Below, piece after piece: positions 1 through 13,400 of a stretch of 64,000 bases of DNA. Both the position numbers and the translations under genes were made by a program. The notes beneath the pieces are model-generated. The model made no database searches, was not told where the DNA came from, and saw nothing but the letters and a program-made list of their open reading frames with translations. This DNA is from the human T2T-CHM13v2.0 reference genome, Homo sapiens: NCBI RefSeq assembly GCF_009914755.1, contig NC_060925.1, one strand, 5' to 3'. Each line of letters opens with the position of its first letter. Position 1 is the first letter of the stretch.

Positions 1-594
1 CAGCTTCAAATTTTATGGAAAATTAAGCAAGCAATACCTAGCCAATAGTTCTGCTTAACTTTTTGGTTAAGTATTTTGTTGGGATTCCTATAAATAATTT
101 TTCACACAAAGTTTTAAATTTCTGGTGTACTTTGACTCTCAACTGAGAGTGGATAGAGTTTTTCTTTTGAGGATTACATCTTAAAATGTCCATCGCCTGG
201 CTGGTTATAAGCATTTGTCACCTTTTGAAGGTAAAATATACTCTGGCCCTTCTTGACTCAGTTACAGGTCATTTTAGGTCCAGTAATAAGAGTCAGGTGT
301 TTGGTTATTGCTTTCAGAGTCAGACATTGTTTAGGTTTATTTAAAAACTATTAGCAGGTTTTCACTGACAATGCTTTTTTAAAAATAAAAAATGTAAATC
401 CACTTTTTTAAGGCAGATTGTTCATTATGCATATACAGCTTGAACTATAGTTTGGGTCCATATAGGAACCAATCACCAAAAACTCTGGTAACAGAATTAG
501 GAAATCCTCTTGAGAAGAGGGCCTTAATGACCTTTTATGTGAAAAAAATTTTGGAGAGAATTTCTGGACATTTTTTTTTCTGTCTCTCTCACAG

Positions 595-665
595 GGTTTG
601 GTTTTCAGATAGGAGTTAGGTATGAGAACAAGAAGAGAGAAAACTTGGCGCTGACCCTGTTATAG
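595..665 (+). CDS. RBM15: RBM15 alternative exon (exon 595-705), C-terminus of the long isoform ...GFGFQIGVRYENKKRENLALTLL*
   Basis: Polypyrimidine tract + CAG ends at 594. Phase-1 translation gives the C-terminus I recognise as RBM15, with TAG at 663-665. Donor CAG|GTAACC at 705/706. The large coding exon 1 is upstream of the window. Confidence 0.92.
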
Positions 666-1363
666 TGGTTATAGTGGTGTCCCTAAAGGGAGGAAATGAT
701 TTCAGGTAACCACAGTGAAATGTTAAGCTGAATGAAGAGTTTTATATGTATGGTTTAAACAGAGTTGAAAAGTGAGATTCCTGAAGTGTTCTTTGGCTGT
801 TTAACAATTATTTGTATGAGTGTTTTATTAAAATAACGGCTGCTGTCTTTGGTAACATAGATGAGGGTGGATTTTTAAATGGCTTTGTATCGACCCCTTT
901 CTACAATAATGGAGTAGTCTATGTTGCTCCATATAAATTACAGAATGAAAATAGATGGGGCAAAAGTTTGACTAAACTTTACCTTTTTATAGTTTCACTT
1001 TTTAAGTTATATTTAGAATATATTGATAGATTATAAATTGATTGTGAAACTTTTTTCTGAATTTTTTCAACATGTTTTACTCAGTTACATGAGTTAAAGG
1101 ATATTTTCAGTCCTGTTATCTTCAATTGCAGTCTTTAAAAAAACCCACCCTATTGTTCTACTTGTTATATGTCTATTCATACAGTAAATTCATTTCAAGG
1201 TTTATGCCAGTGGGTATTATTGGTGCTTTTTGAAGTTGAGGTGAACCATCCAGGAAGGTCTTGTTAATGTTATGTTCATCTATAATGGCATAGGGGAAAT
1301 ATATATATTTTTAATATTGTAAACATTTGTACTGAATAACCTTTTTTTCCCCCCCTCCGCAAG

Positions 1364-1410
1364 CAAAACTGGTTGAACAGCGGATGAAGATATGGAATTC
1401 AAAGCTCTAA
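1364..1410 (+). CDS. RBM15: RBM15 terminal exon; coding only when exon 595-705 is skipped (...AKLVEQRMKIWNSKL*)
   Basis: Pyrimidine tract CTTTTTTTCCCCCCCTCCGC then AAG acceptor at 1361-1363. Phase-1 translation ends at TAA 1408-1410 and is 8 aa shorter than the alternative C-terminus. Confidence 0.85.
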
Positions 1411-1708
1411 TGGACCTTTTTGAAGAGAAGTTGTGGCTTATGTGGAGTTTACATGGGCCTCTGATGGAAGAAAGCTAATCTGTTTAGTATTTGTGCATTT
1501 TACTAAAATGGCAGCTTAAAGTTGTGTATCTGCTATTGTGATGCCAATGCCGGTGTTTTAAGTGGAAAAAAAATGACCTCTTTGATTTGTGCTGTGTACA
1601 CAAGATTTCTGGAAAAGTAAAGAAAAACCCTTTTTATGGCTCACACAGCTTAAGAGTAGCTGTCTCTCAAACGTGCGCTCACAGTTGAGCTGCTTTTGTT
1701 TTATTCTA

Positions 1709-1714
1709 AATAAA
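1709..1714 (+). terminator. RBM15: RBM15 polyadenylation signal AATAAA
   Basis: Canonical hexamer about 300 nt after the stop, followed by U/GU-rich sequence. Confidence 0.8.
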
Positions 1715-4700
1715 TTGTTTCTTTTGAGGAAAATGTTTTTCTGCCTGGAAGTGAATTGACGGCAAACCTTTGACCCCTTTGTTTGCAGCCGAGGGGGTGC
1801 TTGCTGCTGCTCAGATCTTGTATGTCTTGAGCAAGAAGCAGGGAGACCATCAATTTCATTTTGACTATCACGGTGTGTCAATTCTGAAGGATCACTAGTG
1901 TTACTGTTGACCCCCTTTGTTTGCAGTGAAGGGGATCATTTGCTTCTCGGTTCTCAACGTGATGAGGAAATGGTGCTGTTTGCTGGCACGCAAGAAGCCG
2001 GGGCAGGCACCCTAAGCCTCACCACAGTGCCTGAGTCGGGGGCTTTTGCTGGTTTGAAGAGCTGGAGTTGCTGAAATTTAAGTTTTGATTTATTTTGTTC
2101 ACCCATCACGTTTGGCCTTAGTTTCATTTTTAATTTGAAGAAAAGTTTGAAATTGCTTTATCTTGCACTTAACATTTGCACCAAATTGCCAAAAGAAGGA
2201 GAAATGCTCCGTTTGCTTTTTAAATGTTAATGATGATGTTAATAAAGCCTTTCCTGACACATTTGAGGAGCTCCTCCGTCTCCAGGGGCTTCTTACCAGA
2301 GTTATGCAGTGATGGGTTTAGTTCTGAATGGATGAAGAGTTCCTGAGAGCTAGCGTTTGTAATTAGAACCGTTACTTGGTATCTGTGCCTTATTTGACCT
2401 TTGGTTCCACATGCCTTGGATGTGCATGCACCGTGACGGTTTCATAGGTACGAACGCACACTCAGGCCCAGTCACTTCGGTTGGTAGTACAGATTGTGAG
2501 GAAAAAGATGGAGGCATCCTTAAGGAGGAAAAATGTTTGCCTTTAGTTCCTGCATTATCCTGTACAGAGGGGCTCCTGAGTTTTGGAAGCCTGTTCCCAG
2601 TACAGGAGAACAACTCCCCTGTTTGCAGCAGGAGACTTCAGTGCACGGTGACAACGCTGGAGTTCAAGAGGAAGCCAGCAATGCTGCACCATTGGCTTCA
2701 GACACCATTGTTGTTGTTTGCCAGTTTTAAACTTAACTAGTTGCAGACGAAGACCACCTTGAAATGCAGGCTTGTTGGGCTTGTTTTGAATTTTAACCTC
2801 GGATGGAAGAGCCCTAGTGCTGTCTGTCTCCATGCGGGATGATGATTGCTAGGCAACAGGTGATTATCAACAAAGGATGCCACGGTTATACTCTGCAAGG
2901 TGGTGTTCCAGTGGCAAACAGCTGTATAAACTCTTGTAAACAGGTAAGAGGTTTTTTAGAGGTCAAAATGCATTATAATTAATAGGGTGAGGGCTTTTAA
3001 TGTTTTGGGTCTGTTTCTCTAGATGGAAGCCTTAAGGCACTCTGCTGCCATTACTAGCTTCCTTCACCGAAGTGTCATATTTCAGGTCAGAACTTTTGTT
3101 CTACTTGATATTTTTAAATTTATTTTTAACATTAAAAAAATACTTTTAATGTGGGAGCCAAAGTTTTAAAATCTTGGTTATGGATTTGGGACCTATAGCC
3201 TTTATGTCCTTTAAAATTTTGACATTTGCTGTTAACCTTGGCCTTTACCCTTAGTCATGATTTAATGATGCAGGAGGACTTACTGCTGTAAAAACGTTGC
3301 TTGTTTACGAATACTGATTTCTAAACTTCAGAGTTAAGACATTACAGTGTATAACAGCAACAAAAGTATGCCATCAGATTGTGAATGATACATATTTTAG
3401 CCAGGATTTTTTCTTTCTTTCTTTCTTTTTGTCCCACAGAGAGATTATAAAATTAGGCAACCTTAACTTTAGGGAAATTAATAAGCAGTGTTGAGAAGTC
3501 TGGCTTTTTTTTGTCTCCCCTTAACATTTTCAGTATTTATTTAGTTTTACCAGCCTTCTGAGCCCTTCTTCCCCACATTAATCAAGTTTGAAGCTTTGGC
3601 AACTTATCACAAGCCCAGCTTTTTTAGTATATAATACAACTTAGGTTTCCTTGCTTTATTTCAAATGGGATCAAAATTTTTGAATAGAATTGTTATTTTT
3701 TTCATCTCTTCTGGAAGACATCCAGTATCTAGTAACTACAATAGCTGATCTATACTAGCTACTTTTTCCACAAGATAGAGCTCCTTGGATTGTTTTGCTA
3801 GGCAGCTTATGTACCCATACTTTGATATAGTAAAAGGGAAAAAATGAAGTACAGTGGAATTTTTCAGGTTCTCAGTGTGTCATAAGAATTTTTAAAACAG
3901 CTGGTTATGAGATGATGGCTGCCATCTGAGGCTTTTCTAAATGGTCTCTCCCCTGCATTTCTTTAAACATTTTATACTTGTTGGAAATGTCAGTTTTCAG
4001 TGTGTTTTCTTTTTCTTGCTAGTTCACACCATGAGCCTGCTGAGTGGTTTTTTCCAGTTAGTAAGCAAATATTTTAAATCACTATGGAGATTTAGAAAGA
4101 TTATGTTACACTTTCTACATATTTCTATATGTCTGGTATCTTTTTAAAGTTTCAAGCTTCATCTCTCTAGTAAGAACAAGGAAAAAAAGTTGCAGACAGG
4201 GCATTTGTTTATTTGTGTATAAAACCATGTCATACAAAATGGGAAGGTACACAGCATGACAGTTTTTTGAAATTACTCATGAAATCATTTTATTTATTCC
4301 CAGCTGCACTGTGAAAAAAATTAACTGGACTGAGTGTTAGATTCAGTGTTCTGGTTTTATAAATTGGAAACTTCTCTTTTGAAGTATTTGTGTGGTTTCC
4401 CAGTGTCCTTCATATGATCTAAATTTAGGGTTCTGTAAAGGAACTACTTCCAGGAACACCTCCAAGTTGACTTGGGCCCGATTTGAAAAGCTTTGTTGTT
4501 AGTACTAAAATTGAAAATGAGGATTACCCTGATTTCAGTAAAACAACCCAAATTTTATAAATTGCCACTTCCATAGCTTAAGTTGTATAATTGTTTATAA
4601 GCTGTTTATCTGAGGCAATATATTTAGTGTTTACAGCTTATAGAGCATCTATTTTTCTTCTGACAATAGTATATCTGATTATGGCTTCTGACCATCATCT

Positions 4701-4930
4701 CTATCTCCTATTTCAGTTTAGTCTTTTTGAGCTTCCCTGTTTAAAGATCCTTTAACTTAATAACTTGAATTATCTAGTTTTAAAATCTTGGCAGAGGAAT
4801 TTATTGAATAACAAAATTCCTTCAAACCTCAGACAAGTTTGGTCTTAGCAATAAATAAGTTATTTTGATCAATCTATTCTCTTCAGCAACTTGTACTCTT
4901 AATTGGAGAAACTATTAAACAGGTGAATAG

Positions 4931-5220
<290 letters not shown>

Positions 5221-7578
5221 TCTAATGAATTTTTATGGGTGATATAGGTGTATGAATGAGCATATGAACAAGTTACTTGAAACTGGGATGGTCAAGAAAG
5301 GCTTTACAAAAGAATTTGTTAGAGTAGGACATGGAATGGTGGAGAGAGATTGGGATGGACGTGTCAGGCAGACAAGCATAAGTAAGAATATAGCAGCTTA
5401 TGGATTGATGGGAAAGATAAGATGCAAACTGAAGCCTGGAATACTAGTAAAATGATTGGGTCAACAAAAATAGGGAATCCTGAAGGGTAGGCCAGTTTGA
5501 GGGGTGGAGAGTGGAAACAGATCATTTGGGGCACATTGATAGCAGTCATTTATTGACTGTCTACTTCAAGCCAAGGATTCTGCCAAGTACTGTACACACA
5601 TTGTCTCATTTAAGTCTCACCACAGACCATAATTTGACAGTTTAGTGATAGAGCCACAGTTCTAACCAGGCCTTTGTCCCAGCTAAGGCTCTCTTGGTTA
5701 CCGTACTCGTGGAGGCTAGGAATGAGATTAAAGCTGCAAACCTGAAAAAATGGGCAATGGATTTCAAACTATAGTTTATGAACATTGGCAGTACTTGGGA
5801 AATGTACAGGCCCTTGGTACCTCCCTAGACATTCTGGAATTTGTTAGGACCAGCATGACTTAGGAGTCTTTGTTCTTTTACAAACCCCTCAGGTAATTCT
5901 GATATATTCTGTGGTCAGTGGGCCATGTGTTGAGCAACACTGGCCCATAGAGAGTAGAGTACTAAGGTAAACTTAGGATAATGTCATATTTGAGGCATGG
6001 GAAGAGAAGATGGTGCTGGAAAAAAGCCTAGATAGGAAAAAAAGAATTGTGTTGTCTCAGAAACTGAGAGGAGCTTCTAGAAGATAACTTTAAAGCTGTT
6101 GCAGCAGGCAAGGAGAACAAAACTGCAATTGCCATGGAATTTATTACTTAAAATTGCCACTTAAGTAACATAACAGTTTTCTAGTCATGTAATTATTTCT
6201 CCAAGAAACTCAATCTAGATTACTATTTAATTTTGCCTCATAACAGTCCTGAAGATGGGCCACTGTTTTGTTTATGAAATGCTAAAGGGACACCAGAAAA
6301 GTTTTGTGACTAACTGAAGGATACACAGCCAGGAACTGATTGAGGTATCTTTGAGTTTTCAGATGTCTATCTAAAAATACTGTGACTATAGTCTTAAAAT
6401 TGAAAGTGATGCTGGGATTGAGTGTGTACACATGAAACTTATTTCCATTAATGGACCATCACCTATATCTACTACTCCTAAGTTATCAATAGGATTGAGA
6501 CAAAGGCATTATAGGTAAAGTTGAGTGTATCTTTGTCCTGTAAATGATTATTTTGAATTACAGTATCTATACTGCATTTGTGTTTGATAAGTATAGCCAA
6601 TGAACTATTCAAATATTTGAGTACATATTATATATCAGACATTATTCTAGATCTTGGGAGTGTCTTTGTGAAAAAAAAAAAGAGACGTTTTTCTCTTTTC
6701 TTGTGGAGCTTACAGTCTGGTGGAAGAAAGGAGGTGGTAAGCTATAAATTAGGGCCTTTAGGCTCCAGACAAAGGGTTTGGATTGTATTCTAAGTGCTGA
6801 TTGCTATGGGAAGACATTGTAGGTTTTTAAGCAGAGAGTGATGTGATTTGATCAATATTTGACTACCTGTCTGAGGAAAGTAATAAATTTCCTTCAAATG
6901 CCAAAGAAAATAAGTTACTTAGCATTTCACAGATTCTCTGTCAGATTGTAACTATGTTCCTGTTCAGAGATCAGCACTGTTCTTTTATTTAAATACAATA
7001 ATAAAGATTTTATTTCTTTTTAGGGCTCATAGTTGTTGACCATTCTGAACTTTCAAAGCAGTCTCCCTTCTGAAGATGCCTCATTTTCTGAATGTGCTGC
7101 TTCATATTTTCTGCTTTCAATAAACTGTCATGACAGTTTCCACTGTAGTCATATATATGACTGATATAACACACTGACCATGCTTTCTATATTTCATAAC
7201 TTGCAGTTTTTCTAGTGATATTTAACCAGACTCCCTTGCTAAAAAATAGTTTAGAGGGTCTTTTTGTGAAATGGCTGTTATCCTATGCAAATAAGATACA
7301 TGTGTGTATACAGTTTTTAAGTGCTGAATTTATCTGACCTTTCTGAGGTAACCAGCAGATTCCTTTTTACCTAGGAAAAGGACTTAATGAAAAATTTTTA
7401 TGCATAAGCCTAAGTCATTACACTAGTGTCTGCAATATAATTATTACAGGTAAAATTATTAACACTTTGGGATGCTGTATTCGTATATGTTTTTTATTAC
7501 ACAGTTTAAGACCTATTGGGAAAATTAATGTTTCATAAAATTGATTTTCATTTTAGCATATAGAAATTGACTATCAGA

Positions 7579-8023
<445 letters not shown>

Positions 8024-8044
8024 CTAGCTCCCAAGATAAGTATC

Positions 8045-8344
8045 TTTCTTTCTTTCTTTTTTTGTGATGGAGTCTTGCACTGTCGCCCTGGCTGTAGTGC
8101 AATGGCGTGATCTTGGCTCACTGCAACCTCTGCCTCCTGGGTTCAAGCGATTCTCCTGCCTCAGCCTCCGGAGTAGCTGCAATTATAGGTGCCTGCCACC
8201 ACACCCGGCTAATTTTTTGTATTTTTAGTAGTGTTGGGGTTTCACTCTGTTCACTAGGCTGGTCTTGAACTCCTGACCTCGTGATCTGCCCACCTTGGCC
8301 TCCCAAAGTGCTGGGATTACAGGCATGAGCCATCGCGCCCAGCC
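8045..8344 (-). mobile_element. AluS
   Basis: Alu consensus; TSD GATAAGTATCTT. Confidence 0.93.
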
Positions 8345-8444
8345 TACGATAAGTATCTTAATATATGCCATTTGTGTATATTTATGTACAGAAACACTTC
8401 AGTAAACTAGACCCCTTAATTGGAATTTTTCTGCATTCTATGGC

Positions 8445-8920
8445 AGAGGTCTCAACTCTGGCTGTACAATGGAATCACCTGAGGAACTTTAATACCAATG
8501 ACTGGGGCCCACTCTCAGAGATTCATATAAATTGATGTAGATTGAGTGGGTTTCTGCAAAGGCCCAGTTTTGTTTTCATTTTGTTTTAAGTGCTCCCAGG
8601 TGATTGTAACGTGCAGTCAGGGTTGACAACCACTGCTCTAGAGACACATTTTATACCTACAAACACACACAATCAGCCTTTTAAGGATTGCTTGAAAATC
8701 AAAACACAAAACTTTGAGAATGTAATTTGGGTTCAGTACAGTATGTATATTGCTCGGTCTTCTAGAATCTGTTATTGAAGTGTGGTCCTCAGACCAACAG
8801 CATTAGTCTCAGCCGGAAGCTTATTAGAAATGCAGAATTGCAGGGCCTTATCCCAAACCCACTGAATGGAACAAGATCGTCAGGTGATTTGTACATATAT
8901 AAGTTTGAGAAGCAGTACTT
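8445..8920. mobile_element. Two MER5-type (hAT) remnants (about 8445-8640 and 8770-8920)
   Basis: GAATCACCTG..CCCAGGTGATT..GCAG..AGGGTTGA; AGTGTGGTCC..TTAGAAATGCAGAAT..AAGTTTGAGAAGCA. Confidence 0.65.
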
Positions 8921-9485
8921 TAGATGTAGATATAAATGTTCTATGTGATAAAAACTGATAATTAGAATCTTCTTCCATGTGCATAGGATTCTCAGATTTG
9001 TGCATTAGTCAGTGACATTTACTATAAAGCATTTTTAAAAATACTTTCAACAAGAAAAGTGGAACAAAGTAGTTCTTACTTAGTGAGCCTCAGGTGACCA
9101 GAAAATTACCAGAGGTCTCTGTCACCAAGGTAGGGGAAAGGGTTACTATTTTGCCTATCCTAGTTGGTTGGTTCTTGATTACTTTGCTCTGCTTATCTCT
9201 TTTCTTGCCTTCCCATTCTATCCTCGTCACCTGTCTTCTTTATGAGATAGAAAATGTTACTTTTTTACAAGTACAGGTGCAGATATTGGAGACACTCTGC
9301 TAATAGGTGCCGCAGGATTTAGGAAATTTGGTAGTGGTAGGTTTAGAGCTTTCTGTGAGGGGATAGATATGGGCAGGATTGAGGAATGGTTCCTAATTGC
9401 CTTTGTTTCTTAAGTGTAGTATACTAACTTCATAAATCAATTTTCCTTACATAACAAGAATCAAATACCTATTAAAGTACACAGT

Positions 9486-9600
9486 GACAAATAATGTATT
9501 AAGATTCATATGTATTGAATGGTTCAGTATGAATGCTCAGAGACAAATAATGTATTAAGATTCATGTATTAAAGGGAATGGTTCAATATGAGTGTTCAGA
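9486..9600. repeat. Imperfect tandem duplication, about 56 bp
   Basis: GACAAATAATGTATTAAGATTCAT...GAATGGTTCA..TATGA.TG.TCAGA starts at 9486 and 9542. Confidence 0.9.
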
Positions 9601-9647
9601 TAGTACTCTAAATTGCAGTGTATCAAATTAGGTTCAGGAATGACATT

Positions 9648-10260
<613 letters not shown>

Positions 10261-12460
10261 TGATACTTTTAATATGTAAGTTTTTCATACTCAGAGGCAC
10301 ATGAAGAGATAAAATAATGTGTAAATTTTTATGATAAAAGAATCTCAAATACATTCACCAAGCAACCATGTGGATTTCAATTGAAAAATTGTACTCAATC
10401 CCACAATTTTAAAATTTCTAAATTGGTATATGTGACTTAGAGGGATTTTTTTTCATCAAGCACAACAATGCCAACGTCTCTAGAAGACTTTTCAAAGGTT
10501 CATTTGTAATTTATAGATTTCTCCTAGAAATGAGAGGTTTTTAGTGGTGACTTAACCTATGTCATCATTTCTCCTGACAAATTTCATTTGTGAAGTTTAC
10601 CCTTTGCAGTGCTGTAACCTTACTGAAAGTTCACTCCACAAAAGGAATGGATTCATCTGAACTTTAAGGTTTAGTGAATGAAACTACTTTATAATGTATG
10701 AGTGCTTTTTTCCTTTAATGTAGTAGTTTAAAAGGGTTTTGGACCTTCAGAGACACCCTCTCTTCTGTTTGCTGCTCCTTAATTTTAGTAAAGTCTGAAG
10801 CCCTAATAAAAATTTTTTTAACATGTGGTGTTAGATCTCCCTCCTCAATTTTTTTTAAAGCCAATTTTAAAGGGAGCATTTCTAAGTACAGTAATTGGTT
10901 AAACATCTTTTTTCCCCCTGGGTTTCTTTTTAGGAACTACTGACAAAAACCTATAGTCGACTTTGGGATCTGACTTTATTATTCAGCAACTCAAAGATGA
11001 GTTCTAATTGGCAGACTTCTGGCACTGGCACTTGTCCTCCTGTTTCTATAGAAACTGGGTTGGAAGTCAGAGCTGCACAAAGGGAAAGGGTAAGTTTCTT
11101 TTAATTCCATATTTATAAACCCATATCTTATTAACTGTGACATGTTTTCAGTTTTCACATAAGAATATACATCCTCGAACTAGAACTCAAATATGTACTA
11201 CTTATTTTCACTTGAGTGGAAACTGACATCAAGTCACTAAATATAATAGGAGGGTTTAAATATGGATTTATTTTTCTTGTGACTGACTTCACATTTCTTG
11301 AAGCAGTGAATTCAATGTCAATTCGCACTTTGAGCTATTTTTAATTTGGGGGTCAGAAAATTGTTTTTTATTATCTTAGATCTTATTCTCTTGTACTTCT
11401 CTGGTAAGTGAAAATTGGAAGGACATTTTGAAAGTCTGCATGGATTATAAAATCTTGTTGTAGCGAAGTCTGATTCTTCTTTCCATTATAAAGTACTATA
11501 CTACTGATCAGTTTTTTTAGTCTCTCTACTCTCTTAGCCAAGCAAGATGAGTTCGTCTGTTGGGGCACATACATTTGTTTTCACCTGGGCAGACACCCAT
11601 TATTTGTAGAACCTAAGACACCTGCCAGTTGGTGAGTCATCTTATTGCTATGGCTTCAGAGGACTGCTGTACAGCTGGAGTATTTAGGCTTGAAATTGTT
11701 TGATTAGGTATGATAAGCACATTCCTCTGATTTACAGGTTGCCATATATAGGTAACTTATATTGAACTGTGACTAGTTTTGAGGTAGTGGAAGGAAGGTA
11801 ATATTTGCTGTTGCTCTTTAAAAGTTGTCTCACTTATTTCCTTGGTCCTGGCGTACTACCCTTAAGGGATGGACTTACTTTTTTCCTGCTAAAAGACATA
11901 AGATTGGTTGACAGAAGTCAAAGGGTGGAACACCTTGCCATTACTTCTGCTCAATTTGTCACTTTTAAAAATAGTTTAAAAGCTGGAAGCTTGTCAATAG
12001 GAAAAGTAAACTCATTTTTAAAAATTTATTTTCACAAGGCAAATAATGCCTTAAAGTGGCTTCTTTTTTAAAATTTAATTTAATTAATTCTATTCTGATG
12101 AATTCTCATTAAAAGTGTTGTATGCCTCCTTTGTTGGTTTCTGTTTTGCTCATTAGTGCTTGCACGAGGTAAAAATAGAAATGAATTTGTGGATTTTTTG
12201 TTTGTTTGTTTGGAAGGTGGCTAGAAAAAACTTTAGTCTTTCGTTGTGTGCTATCAAGTATTCAGATGTATTCTCCACTACTTAATAAGGAGTAGCCAAC
12301 TCATCCTGGCTTTAAAACTGAAAGTTCTATGTCTCAAGAACTCCTTTGTTTCTGTCTAGACCCAGACAGTCACCCTAATCCTAGTTCACTCTCTGTATCC
12401 CTAAAAAGGCCTCACTAAGTTGTTATTGATTATCATTTTGAATGGAAGGAGATTTCATAA

Positions 12461-12810
<350 letters not shown>

Positions 12811-13105
12811 CCAGGTACTTTTTTCAAGAGATGACTTGTCTCTGATCCTAAGTCATGCTAGTCTAATTCCCACAGAAATAAAACATGAAGAATTTTAAAT
12901 GGATTTTAAAAGTTGCTTTCAAGCACTTTAGTTATTTTTTGTTTGTGTATATGTTAAGACCATAGATGACAAATGTGAAACAATTGAGTAGATATTTGTG
13001 GCAAATGAGTAGCCACATGAGGCAAATATATAGATATAAAGCCTCATACAAGGTGATTCTGGCTTAAGAGAAACACTCAAGGCTTTTAAAAAGTATTGGG
13101 CTTTG

Positions 13106-13400
13106 GGCCAGGTGTGGTGGCTCATGCCTGTAATCCCAGCACTTTGGGAACCTGAATCGAGGATCACTTGAACTCGAGTTAAAGACCAGCCTGGGCGATG
13201 TGGCGAAACTCCGTCTCTACTAAAAATACAAAAATTAGCCAGGTGTGGTGGTGTGCACCTGTAGTCCCAGCTACTCTGGAGGCTGAGGGAGTATGGGGCA
13301 GGAGAATTGCTCGAGCCTGGGAGACAGGTTGCACTGAGCTGATATTGCGCCACTGCGCTAGAGCCCAGGCAACATGAGTGAAACCCTGTCTCAATAAAAA
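13106..13400 (+). mobile_element. Diverged Alu (J/S)
   Basis: Alu consensus; TSD AAAAAGTATTGGGCTTT. Confidence 0.92.

Noticed and set aside
1750-2030. H/ACA snoRNA or scaRNA reading of the twin hairpins
   Set aside because: The hairpins are too short, and I found no correctly placed ANANNA hinge or terminal ACA box.
2411-2740. 109-aa + strand ORF downstream of RBM15
   Set aside because: No recognisable domain, weak start context and similar-sized ORFs in other frames. The region is kept as a non-coding candidate.
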